Below, one piece after another: positions 54,270 through 63,302 of a stretch of DNA of 64,000 nucleotides. Where the stretch lies: the NCBI GenBank assembly GCA_964607285.1, contig CAZSJW010000001.1, forward strand, positions 2,514-66,513, read 5' to 3'. The position numbers and the translations under genes were made by a program. Positions within the stretch are counted from its first letter, which is position 1. The number at the start of each line of letters is the position of its first letter. The notes beneath the pieces were generated by a model. The model saw nothing but the letters and a program-made list of their open reading frames with translations, was not told the DNA's origin and ran no database searches. Source of the stretch: an uncultured Pseudomonadales bacterium (lineage in GTDB: Bacteria > Patescibacteriota > Microgenomatia > UBA1400 > PJMF01).

Positions 54270-54863
54270 ATGAACCATGCGGGAAGCGTAGTTAAGCATC
54301 GAGCATATCCTAACGACCAGGGAGGGAAAGACTATAAACAGTATAGGGTTGGAGCGAGAATTGACCCAAAAGAACAGGGTGGTGCAGTACTTGGTCTGGT
54401 CTTTGATGAAGGACACCATTCGGTTGAGGATAAGCTTGACTCATTCTCATTTTCTAAATACAGAGGAATGGATCAATTTCTATCTGGCTTACCTGATTTG
54501 AATGAGGTCTTTCCAGGAGCTGATACTAAACTGAGAGGATTATTTTTAGATGCACTTATACGGAGCGAGGTAAGCCCTGATCAGATGCTCATAAGCTATC
54601 GCACAGTACACAGAGATGGTACTGCTTTTCATTTGCTAGATTATGCTGAAAGGTACACCGATTACGAAAAACTAATGGTGAAACTGTATACTAGCAATCC
54701 CAAACTGTACCAGTTAGCCGTGGACTGTATATATGGAGACAATATGATTGCTTTTGCCAAGGAGATCGATACAACATTTGGATCAGGTTATTTTCGAAGA
54801 TTAATGGAAGCAAAGGACAGACAAGCCGCCATCAAATTGTATGAAGAATTGGACACACTATGA
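54270..54863 (+). CDS. Hypothetical protein; annotated ATG sits inside an HEMNH (HExxH) motif
   Basis: 197-aa ORF. The same frame is open back to 54102 (..SYVACTRLRHEMNHAG..) without any ATG/GTG/TTG. Confidence 0.55.
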   Translation: MNHAGSVVKHRAYPNDQGGKDYKQYRVGARIDPKEQGGAVLGLVFDEGHHSVEDKLDSFSFSKYRGMDQFLSGLPDLNEVFPGADTKLRGLFLDALIRSEVSPDQMLISYRTVHRDGTAFHLLDYAERYTDYEKLMVKLYTSNPKLYQLAVDCIYGDNMIAFAKEIDTTFGSGYFRRLMEAKDRQAAIKLYEELDTL

Positions 54864-54972
54864 ACAAAAGTGAAGTACTAGCAATCAGCACAAGTTCCAA
54901 AATGGGTAATCAGATGGGTTCTATCGTGCTAAAATTAAACAGCAAAGATGCTAAATGCAGATCAGGTGATGT

Positions 54973-56376
54973 ATGGAAATTGCACAATTTCTTTTAGGTC
55001 ATGAGCAGGGTGGGAATGAAGAGATCTTCTTAAACAAGGTTGCAGCCATAACTGGCATTAAGCCTTTGAAACTCTCAGACAACCCTGCCTGGCTCGCCGA
55101 TACGTTTAAACAGTACTCCGATCGACTTAAGTGGAGAAAAAATAGAAATACTGATCACCAGTATATTCATGATGAAGGAATGCATCCTTGTGCATTTAGT
55201 CCTGTTTTGCCTAATAGTTTGTTGCGATCACATACTTTTGCAATTACGGAGCAAATGATAGCGTTTGTGGAAGTGTTTGAGGCGTATGTGCAAAGAGTAC
55301 CAACTATCACTGAACTAGAAATCATTGGACTGCTTAGCACTAAGGATACTGTTCAGTCAAAATTTTCCAACACAGCAATAAATGCCATAAATGCTTTGTA
55401 CTATTCGCTCCCCGATTCTTTTTCTGAAGAGAGTGGTTTGGCTTCAATGTTTACTAACAATCGAATCATTAATCGGGCAATAGGATCCTTTATTGATACG
55501 CATGTATCGGGTAATGCACTCAGCATTGGTGAGATTTGCTCTGGTCGAAGAGCTGCCAAGTGGACCGAGATTGCAAGTAAACTGCCCAATAAATCAGTCA
55601 GTATTCATCTTTCAGATTTTGTTGCACCAACACTTCCTGACCTTACGCAGGAATCTAATGTCACAGCAGTTACCTCTGAGCAGTATTCGCTTTTGGATGA
55701 ACTACCATTTTTACCTGACAGTGAAAAAAGAGATGTGCATTTAGCTACATATGGGTTTGATAGTGTTTGGTCAGAGCATGACGCTCGTTATCATAAACAG
55801 AATGGCAAATGGTATCGTGAATTTAGTAGAGTTAAGGTACTTGATACGCACCCGCGAAAAGACCAAATGATAGCAGCTCTGAGGACTGGTACTGCATTTC
55901 CTGGAATGCAACTATCTGATTTTGGCAGTGTGTTTGTTGAATCTGGCATAGAAGAGGTGGACATGAGTATGGAAGCTAATGGGTCGATAATTGCTGATGA
56001 ACTAGAAGACAGCTCACGAATTGAGCTAAGCTACCCTGGTGGTATGATCCATCACATACAGGCAGCATTTCAGCGGCAGCTTAAACAAGATGGTATCTTT
56101 ATCATTGGTGACACTGCAGCTATCAGCAATGGTGAGAGGTTTTCGACTAAACAAAGCTATGTGAGTGGCGTTGCAGCACGGTATAAAAGGGAAGACTATC
56201 TATTGGCAAAAAGAATCCTCGATGAATTTGGGTTCACTGCTGATATATATCCCCTCAATGATTTTGTGACTGGGGTGCTCGGTGAGGGCTGGAAATCAGA
56301 GGCAACTACAAATGAACATGATCTAATTACAGAATCACTCACTAGTGTAATAATGGTAGTGAAAAAAAAGAGTTAG
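54973..56376 (+). CDS. Hypothetical 467-aa protein (weak resemblance to class I SAM-methyltransferase fold)
   Basis: Long ORF. LSIGEICSGRRAAKW and IFIIGDTA loosely resemble methyltransferase motif I and post-I strands. Not verified. Confidence 0.6.
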   Translation: MEIAQFLLGHEQGGNEEIFLNKVAAITGIKPLKLSDNPAWLADTFKQYSDRLKWRKNRNTDHQYIHDEGMHPCAFSPVLPNSLLRSHTFAITEQMIAFVEVFEAYVQRVPTITELEIIGLLSTKDTVQSKFSNTAINAINALYYSLPDSFSEESGLASMFTNNRIINRAIGSFIDTHVSGNALSIGEICSGRRAAKWTEIASKLPNKSVSIHLSDFVAPTLPDLTQESNVTAVTSEQYSLLDELPFLPDSEKRDVHLATYGFDSVWSEHDARYHKQNGKWYREFSRVKVLDTHPRKDQMIAALRTGTAFPGMQLSDFGSVFVESGIEEVDMSMEANGSIIADELEDSSRIELSYPGGMIHHIQAAFQRQLKQDGIFIIGDTAAISNGERFSTKQSYVSGVAARYKREDYLLAKRILDEFGFTADIYPLNDFVTGVLGEGWKSEATTNEHDLITESLTSVIMVVKKKS

Positions 56377-56380
56377 CTAG

Positions 56381-56653
56381 TTAGTCTCGGAGCTCAAAAA
56401 AAAGGCCGTTGATAGTGAGACCGTTGGGATGCACTTGCAGAGTCCCTTTGTTGCCAGATCCAATCTGTTTTGTTCCGACAGATCCATTCTTTTCACCTCC
56501 ACAAAAAATGCTGCCCCCATACGGTAAGTGTTTCTTCAACTCTTTATCTATAATCTTTTGCTCTTCGTACTGCTTTTTATCTTCATTCCAGACGAATACC
56601 TTACTGCGTCCTCCAAACACTATCTCAGCAATTCTGGAACCAAGTTCTCCCAT
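56381..56653 (-). CDS. Hypothetical 90-aa protein
   Basis: ORF preceded by AAGGA and TATAGT/TATACT-like boxes. Convergent with 54973..56376, with a 4-nt gap. Confidence 0.5.
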   Translation of the reverse strand: MGELGSRIAEIVFGGRSKVFVWNEDKKQYEEQKIIDKELKKHLPYGGSIFCGGEKNGSVGTKQIGSGNKGTLQVHPNGLTINGLFFELRD

Positions 56654-56834
56654 ATGTATCCTTTAGTATACTATACTACTTACCACTCTTGCAGCACAAT
56701 AATTTCACAAGCAAAAAGTGGTGATTGTATACTCACATGAAATGGACAACTACCACTGCTCATTATGATTAAAGAAATACTTTTTGACATGTATGGGGTG
56801 ATTATTGATATCAGAAACTGATACAATCAAGACA

Positions 56835-57407
56835 ATGCAAGTAAGTAAGCTCAAGCCATGGCAAGTAGTTAGCACGAAGGTAGTCCACACAACTCCTTGG
56901 ATTGAAGTCGTTGAAGATCTTTGTAAAATTGATGCTACTTCTCTGACCTATACATATACTCGCAGAGTAGATGAAGGACCTTTGATTATTGCTGAGGCTG
57001 AGGATAACAAGATTTGGTTGGTTCGGCAGTATAGGCATGCTATCAAAAAAATTATATGGCAGTTTCCTGTAGAAGGAAAACTAGTTGCGGAATCCTGGGA
57101 AGCGGCTGCACAGCGAGGACTTGAGGAAGAACTTGGTTTACACGCTGACAGATTGGTAGAGTTGGGGACATTTTACCCAGACCCTGGTGGTTTGGAGCAA
57201 AAGTATAAGGCCTTTGTTGCTACAGGCCTGCATCCATCAACTGCTCAACACAGCGACCCTAACTTAGACGAAGTTGAACAGCTAGAGGCAGGTTGCTTTT
57301 CTTTGCAAGAAGTTGAGCAGCTGATAACTGAGGGAGAAATCTGTGATAACTGGACACTGTCGGGATTATTTTTGTATCGGCGATACCGTCATTCGCTAGG
57401 ATTGTGA
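56835..57407 (+). CDS. NUDIX hydrolase (ADP-ribose pyrophosphatase-like)
   Basis: Nudix box GKLVAESWEAAAQRGLEEELGL (G-x5-E-x7-REuxEExGu). ATG at 56835, or the tracked TTG at 56805. Confidence 0.85.
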   Translation: MQVSKLKPWQVVSTKVVHTTPWIEVVEDLCKIDATSLTYTYTRRVDEGPLIIAEAEDNKIWLVRQYRHAIKKIIWQFPVEGKLVAESWEAAAQRGLEEELGLHADRLVELGTFYPDPGGLEQKYKAFVATGLHPSTAQHSDPNLDEVEQLEAGCFSLQEVEQLITEGEICDNWTLSGLFLYRRYRHSLGL

Positions 57408-57413
57408 GTCACT

Positions 57414-57686
57414 ATGAAACCAATCGTTACAAGACCTGGTAGTTTTGGATCGAGAAAAGCTTCAGTGCCACGCCCGTCTTTCGGCCAAGCTCGTGCCGAC
57501 CAGATGCAGCAAAGAATGGACAAAGCATTCAAGGAACGAAGAACTTTGGCAGCAGCACAAATAGGCGCGCAGCAGACTAACAACGAGCCTTTACAACAAG
57601 CACTCGCTGTAAAGGAACGAATGACAGAGCATAAAATTGATCGACTGGTTGCAGAAATGCCAATATCGGGCAAATCAGAAGACTAA
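57414..57686 (+). CDS. Hypothetical 90-aa protein
   Basis: ORF starts 6 nt after the NUDIX stop. Gln/Ala-rich, no motif recognised. Confidence 0.5.
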   Translation: MKPIVTRPGSFGSRKASVPRPSFGQARADQMQQRMDKAFKERRTLAAAQIGAQQTNNEPLQQALAVKERMTEHKIDRLVAEMPISGKSED

Positions 57687-57742
57687 CATACCCTGTTTTC
57701 TCCAAATGTGCATCGTCACACCAATGGTATACTGGTGAACGT

Positions 57743-58909
57743 ATGTCAGATCAAACTATAAATTGTCCAAAATGTTCGACCGCAATCCCCCTGTCTCAAG
57801 CACTCACGGCACAGCTGGAGTCTCAGTTTGCAAAGCGGTTTGATGAGCAGTTAGTTACTGAAAAACGCAAGCTGTGGGCTCAAGCTATGCAGGCTGCTGA
57901 AAAAAAAGAACTAACGAGCAGAAAGGAGTTGGAAGAGCAACTTAAAGAAAAAGCTCAAAAATTGGAAGCAGCAGAAAAAGCTGAGCTGGAACTCAGAAAA
58001 AAATCGCGTGATATTGAGGAGCGAGAGCGAACATTTGATCTGGAACTGCAGCGAAAGCTTGATGCGGAGCGGACGCAATTGATCTCTAAAGCAAAACAAG
58101 AGGAAGCTACAGAGTTTACCAAAAAACTGATGGAGAAAGATACACAACTTGATAGCATGAAGAAGACAATCGAGGACCTCAAACGTAAGAGTGAGCAGGG
58201 ATCAATGCAAGTGCAGGGTGAGTCACTCGAACAGACATTGAAAGACCTTCTTAAAAATACCTTTCCTGCTGATGAAGTGTCTGATGTACCCACTGGAATA
58301 ACTGGTGCAGATTTAGTGCAACAGGTGCAAGGTAGGGTGGGTGCAAAAGTGGGCACAATTCTTTGGGAGTCCAAAAACACTAAAGCATTTAGTGAAGGTT
58401 GGTTGACAAAGCTAAAACAGGATCAGGGCAAAGTGAATGCTGAGATTGCAGTATTAGTTACGCAAGTCCTGCCGCCAGAAATTGCACCGTTTGGTGTAAA
58501 AAATGGAGTGTGGATAGTGGATGTGCAACATGCTGTACCAGTGGCAAGTATTTTGCGTATGCAGCTGATTGAGTTATTTAAGTTGGCTCGTTCCGTTGAA
58601 GGTCAAGATGAAAAGATGACTCAGTTGTACGGGTACTTAACTGGTCCACAGTTTAAAAATCGTGTTGAGAACATGGTAATTGCCTTCATGTCTATGCAAC
58701 AAGATTTAGCTGCAGAAAAGCGTGCATACCAGAAGCTTTGGGGAAAACGGGAAAAAGAACTGGAAAAATTGCTTGCACACACAGTGGGCATGTATGGTGA
58801 TTTTCAAGGAATTGTCGGTGGCTCACTGCCCACCATTCAGCAACTTGAACTTGCTTCTACTGATATGGACAGTGATCAACCGAGTTTACTTGGTAACGGA
58901 GAACTATAG
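57743..58909 (+). CDS. DUF2130-like protein: Zn-ribbon + coiled coil + PD-(D/E)XK-type nuclease core
   Basis: N-terminal INCPKCST. ~150-aa Lys/Glu coiled coil. C-terminal GADLVQQV...GTILWESKNTKAFSEGWLTKLKQDQ (D...ExK). Confidence 0.75.
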   Translation: MSDQTINCPKCSTAIPLSQALTAQLESQFAKRFDEQLVTEKRKLWAQAMQAAEKKELTSRKELEEQLKEKAQKLEAAEKAELELRKKSRDIEERERTFDLELQRKLDAERTQLISKAKQEEATEFTKKLMEKDTQLDSMKKTIEDLKRKSEQGSMQVQGESLEQTLKDLLKNTFPADEVSDVPTGITGADLVQQVQGRVGAKVGTILWESKNTKAFSEGWLTKLKQDQGKVNAEIAVLVTQVLPPEIAPFGVKNGVWIVDVQHAVPVASILRMQLIELFKLARSVEGQDEKMTQLYGYLTGPQFKNRVENMVIAFMSMQQDLAAEKRAYQKLWGKREKELEKLLAHTVGMYGDFQGIVGGSLPTIQQLELASTDMDSDQPSLLGNGEL

Positions 58910-58912
58910 CTG

Positions 58913-61900
58913 ATGTCAAGTAACTTTGCAGCAGAGTATGCCCGTCTCAATGCACAACAGCGGAAAGCTGTGGACACCTTAGAAGGTCCAGTCATGGTGA
59001 TAGCTGGCCCAGGTACTGGAAAGACCCAAGTACTGGCAATGCGAATTGGTCAGTTACTCAAGAAAACTGACATAGAGCCGCGAAACATTTTAGCTTTAAC
59101 GTTCACCGATGCTGCAGCTACGACAATGCGACATCGTTTAGCAACACACATTGGTTCAGCAGCATACAGCGTGCAGATTGCCACGTTCCACTCTTTTTGT
59201 AGCCAGGTGATCGCTGATCACCCCGAGTCATTTCCCTTTGAGCGAGACAGCTTACCACTAACAGAGCTTGAGAGATATGAACTGATAGGTGAGATTTTGA
59301 CAACTGAGCCACTGGAAGAGCTTCGTCCATTGAATAGACCATTGTTCTACAGTAAAGACTGTTTGCGGGCAATTTCTCAATTAAAACGTGAGTATGTATC
59401 TCCTGATGCACTTCGTTCAATGGTTGTTGCCGATCTTGATTTACTAGAACAAGGAATTCCAAAAGCAACAGTTGCACAGCGGCGAATTATTGAAAAACGA
59501 CTAAAAAAGCAGGAAGAACTTGCTCATGTATTTTCAAAGTATGAGGAGCGATTGCGGTCTGCACATAAAATTGATTTTGATGACATGATTAGCTTTGTTG
59601 TCACTGGATTTAAAAATGACCCAATGTTACTGCAGGAGTATCAGGAGCTGATTCACTATATTCTCGTTGATGAGTACCAAGACACAAATTCAGCACAGAA
59701 CGAGATAGTATCTTTGCTTGGTTCATATTGGGGTGAGCAGGCTAATGTATTTGTGGTTGGTGATCCTCATCAGTCAATCTTTCGGTTTCAGGGCGCGTCA
59801 ATGGAAAATATGTTTAGGTTTGCGGTCCAGTACCCAACTGCTGCAGTCGTGACACTGACTGACGGGTACCGTTGTGGGCAGCATATGTATAGTGCTGCAC
59901 ATGCGTTGGTTGCAGCTCAGGATTTACCAATGCCTTTTGAGCTTCAGCCGGGAGTCGCACAGGTACTTACTGATTCACTCTCAACACAGTTGCGCTCACA
60001 GGCAGCAAATCCAGGTATGGTTCGTTCTGTGCAGTTACCGACAAGCACAGCAGAGCAACTCTACATAGGGGAACAAATACAGCAACTTCACTCTGATGGT
60101 GTTCCACTATCACAGATAGCTGTTCTATACAGAACCAATGCAGAAGGCTTAGAGTTAGAGAACGTTCTTGGATCACTTGGTGTTCGCTATCAAATTGAGC
60201 GTGGCTCAAATGCTCTAGAAGTTCCGTTGATTACCCAGATTCTCAGCCTAATTTCTATGCTTTTTCATTTGCGCTCTGCACAAGATAGTGAGGCTTTTAC
60301 TGTGATGTGTTTTGACTGGATTGCAGTAGATAGATTGGCTGTGTATAAACTCACCCGTCAAGCTGCGATTGCTGGCAGATCACTTGTTTCTTTAGCGGAA
60401 CTTTCATGGGATGAGTTTCAATTACAACAAGCACAAGTGGATGTGGCTGAGCACCTTTCTGAAGCAGAGCATAGTTCGGTACACAGTTTAGTTGAGCAGT
60501 GGATTAGGTGGATCACAACTGAGCCAAGCATCCCATTTTCTCATTGGTTTAGTTTGGTACTTGAGCAAACGTCATTGATAGATTGGATTGTTGCCAGACC
60601 ACAGTCGCAAGAACTATTGAACGCTGTGCAAGGCATTTTTTCGCTCATACAAGATTCGGTAGCAAACGATCATTCGTTCAATTTAGGTGACTTCATTGCT
60701 ATGATTGACACTATGCAGGAGCACGGCATCGCAGTTCGTCAGGAAGATGTGCGTACGACAGCAGAAGCTGTGACTCTAAGCACTGCGCATAGTGCCAAGG
60801 GTAAACAGTGGCAGCATGTTTTTATATACAACTGTATTGACTCACATTGGGGAGGATCGAGAAGTGTAGATAAGTTGCCCCTACCAGAGCACATACTCAA
60901 ATATAGCGCTGTTGCAGACAAGTTAGCACAAGCCGAGGCAGATGATAGACGGTTGTTGTATGTTGCTATGACTCGTGCACGTAAGACATTGACCATCACT
61001 TATCCTGCGTTTGTCGTTTCACAAGGCAAACAGAAACCACAGTTGCCAAGTCGTTTTCTATCCCCTTTAGAAGACTATATTCAGTGTGTTTCAAACAAAG
61101 ATGTTACAGAATTTGGTGAAGCTGCTGAAGCAACAATACCTAAATTGCTTTTACCAAATCCAGCTATGTCCACTGCAGAGTCTATAGAAGCTGAACGCAG
61201 CTTTTTCTCGTATCTGGTCAGTACGTTCTCACTGTCTGTTTCAGCACTTAACCATTACTTAGCAGATCCCAAGCAGTTTAGGGATCAGGATTTGCTGCGC
61301 GTGCCTAGCATAAAAGATGCCTATTTTTCGTATGGTTCGGCTATGCACAAAGCCCTAGAACTTTGGCAGCGGCCGAAACTTTCAGGTGGTTTGCCAGCCT
61401 CCTTGCCAGTGGTCATGCAAGAATTTGATCGGGCTTTGGCAAAGGAAGTACTAACTGCTGATGAGTTTACTCGCAGACAAAAAAAGGGTCATCAAGTTTT
61501 GAGTGAATACCTTTCCCATGAAGAGGGTGCCCTTAGCCATGTGTTTAGTATTGAGCGGCGGTTTGGCTCGTTGCGTTCACCCGTATACCTGGATGATATA
61601 CCACTGAAAGGTCGAATTGATCGGATGGACTGGATTGACCAGCAAGCAAGTTTAGTAAGGGTTGTAGATTACAAAACGGGCAAACCAAAAACTGTTGGTC
61701 AAATCATGGCAACTGTAGAGTCGGTAGAACTATCTGAACGAGAGCGGTCATTGCCAGAAACAATTAGAGGCCCGATGATCCGTCAGTTGGTTTTCTATAA
61801 GTTACTTGCAAATTTGGATCCTAGTTTTCAGGGGACAGTCACCCATGGAAGGTTTATTTTTGTTGAACCAAACAAAAGCACTAGGACGCCATTCGTGGTT

Positions 61901-62005
61901 CGTGAGTTTGAGATCACAGACCAAGCTGTTGCCGATCTTAGCGCATTGATAAAAACTATCATGACTGAAGTGAGACAACTAGTTTTTTTAGACAAGGCAT
62001 CCTGA
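58913..62005 (+). CDS. UvrD/PcrA-type SF1 helicase fused to a C-terminal RecB-family PD-(D/E)XK nuclease
   Basis: Walker A AGPGTGKTQVL, ILVDEYQDTN, VGDPHQSIFRFQGA, TAHSAKGKQWQHVF, YVAMTRARKTL. C-terminal GRIDRMDW...VRVVDYKTGKP. Confidence 0.9.
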   Translation: MSSNFAAEYARLNAQQRKAVDTLEGPVMVIAGPGTGKTQVLAMRIGQLLKKTDIEPRNILALTFTDAAATTMRHRLATHIGSAAYSVQIATFHSFCSQVIADHPESFPFERDSLPLTELERYELIGEILTTEPLEELRPLNRPLFYSKDCLRAISQLKREYVSPDALRSMVVADLDLLEQGIPKATVAQRRIIEKRLKKQEELAHVFSKYEERLRSAHKIDFDDMISFVVTGFKNDPMLLQEYQELIHYILVDEYQDTNSAQNEIVSLLGSYWGEQANVFVVGDPHQSIFRFQGASMENMFRFAVQYPTAAVVTLTDGYRCGQHMYSAAHALVAAQDLPMPFELQPGVAQVLTDSLSTQLRSQAANPGMVRSVQLPTSTAEQLYIGEQIQQLHSDGVPLSQIAVLYRTNAEGLELENVLGSLGVRYQIERGSNALEVPLITQILSLISMLFHLRSAQDSEAFTVMCFDWIAVDRLAVYKLTRQAAIAGRSLVSLAELSWDEFQLQQAQVDVAEHLSEAEHSSVHSLVEQWIRWITTEPSIPFSHWFSLVLEQTSLIDWIVARPQSQELLNAVQGIFSLIQDSVANDHSFNLGDFIAMIDTMQEHGIAVRQEDVRTTAEAVTLSTAHSAKGKQWQHVFIYNCIDSHWGGSRSVDKLPLPEHILKYSAVADKLAQAEADDRRLLYVAMTRARKTLTITYPAFVVSQGKQKPQLPSRFLSPLEDYIQCVSNKDVTEFGEAAEATIPKLLLPNPAMSTAESIEAERSFFSYLVSTFSLSVSALNHYLADPKQFRDQDLLRVPSIKDAYFSYGSAMHKALELWQRPKLSGGLPASLPVVMQEFDRALAKEVLTADEFTRRQKKGHQVLSEYLSHEEGALSHVFSIERRFGSLRSPVYLDDIPLKGRIDRMDWIDQQASLVRVVDYKTGKPKTVGQIMATVESVELSERERSLPETIRGPMIRQLVFYKLLANLDPSFQGTVTHGRFIFVEPNKSTRTPFVVREFEITDQAVADLSALIKTIMTEVRQLVFLDKAS

Positions 62006-62006
62006 C

Positions 62007-63290
62007 ATGCTAGAACTAGACAAACTGCCTCTCAGAGATAAAAAAGTGCTTCGAGACACTATGGAGTTTTTTTTTGTTGAAAACACGGATGTTGTTGCAG
62101 CTATTTTACATGAGTTTTCACTTGCGGATGATGGGTTGGCTGAGTTTAGTGCTAAAGTGGAAGCTTTAGCTCGAAAATTGGTGTTGCTGTTAGGTTCTGA
62201 GCCGCAAGCAATCAAAACAGTTGAGTTTTTGCTTGCGCGAGACCTGAACCTTAGTGATTCAAGGCGAATTATTCTGTACTCCTTTCTGCTATTTTTTACA
62301 GGTGACGTACAGGAGGAAGACTTACCAAGTAGTACTGAAAATATCAACCAGGAATTTGATAAGAAACTATGGTTGTCAGGTTTTTTATCACAGAACAGTC
62401 AATTATCAGTGGCTGAGGTGCGAGTGGTGGAAGCATTTATTGAACATAGAGTAACTGTGAAGGTAATTAATGGAGTCAATGTATTACTGGTTACTGATGA
62501 TCATTCAAACTATGAGACTACGCAAAGAAATGAAAGTGCTTCTCAAGCAGTTGAAATTATACTTGGATCCCAAAACACAAGTGGGGTGCTTGTTGAATAT
62601 TTTCCTCAGGAGTTGAAAGAGAATGCAAGTAAGAATGTGCTTGTAAGAAATGCACTTAAAGGAATGCGTTCAGGTACCTTTGGGGCATTTTTAAAGAAAT
62701 ACCATGATTCTAGGTTTGAGAGTGCTGTTCCATATTTGGACCATGCTAATGCTGTAGGTAAACCAGTGTGGGTCGCTGACACAGCGAATAAAATTACTCA
62801 TGAATTGGCTGAAGTCCCTCTTTTGTACTCGTGGTGGGTTAGTGTTGCAGTGGTCGCATTAGCAGGGTGTCTATCACTGGCTCCATCGTCTCAGGAAATG
62901 CTAGAGGTTGAGAAGCTGCTTGAATTGCTTTCTGTGGCAAGTTCCGCAGCTGGGTATCTAGAACTTTTTTTTAAACCACTGTTTTTCAAATTGGATGACA
63001 TGATGCCCTGGTTTGAAGCTGTTTTTCTACAAGCAGATGATGCGCGACGCATTAGAGTAGCAAGAGCTATTGGTGTCTTGACAGCAGATCAGCAAGTTGG
63101 CTCTACGCTACTTGTGGTGTACCCCGATGCGCATTTGCGGCGAATACGTCACTATCTAGAGCATCCTGAGTTTGCTGCTTGGAAGGACAAAATATACAAA
63201 ACAGTTCTTTTCTGGTTAGATTATGAACTACGCACTTACAGATTCGATGCTCAACAAAACTTGTGGAACAAGAACACTCAAAAATTTTGA
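62007..63290 (+). CDS. Hypothetical 427-aa protein translationally coupled to the helicase-nuclease
   Basis: ATG 1 nt after the helicase stop. No recognised motif. One central hydrophobic stretch WWVSVAVVALAGCLSLA. Confidence 0.7.
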   Translation: MLELDKLPLRDKKVLRDTMEFFFVENTDVVAAILHEFSLADDGLAEFSAKVEALARKLVLLLGSEPQAIKTVEFLLARDLNLSDSRRIILYSFLLFFTGDVQEEDLPSSTENINQEFDKKLWLSGFLSQNSQLSVAEVRVVEAFIEHRVTVKVINGVNVLLVTDDHSNYETTQRNESASQAVEIILGSQNTSGVLVEYFPQELKENASKNVLVRNALKGMRSGTFGAFLKKYHDSRFESAVPYLDHANAVGKPVWVADTANKITHELAEVPLLYSWWVSVAVVALAGCLSLAPSSQEMLEVEKLLELLSVASSAAGYLELFFKPLFFKLDDMMPWFEAVFLQADDARRIRVARAIGVLTADQQVGSTLLVVYPDAHLRRIRHYLEHPEFAAWKDKIYKTVLFWLDYELRTYRFDAQQNLWNKNTQKF

Positions 63291-63302
63291 TAAGTAGCTT
63301 TA

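Larger units (their letters stand above)
52097..56834. mobile_element. Putative integrated element at tRNA-Pro (recombinase plus unknown cargo); right boundary uncertain and could extend to ~63300
   Basis: A tRNA 3' end abutting a serine recombinase, a run of ORFan genes with mixed orientation, and a truncated HAD-like gene stub at 56765..56821 as a possible right-hand scar. Confidence 0.35.
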
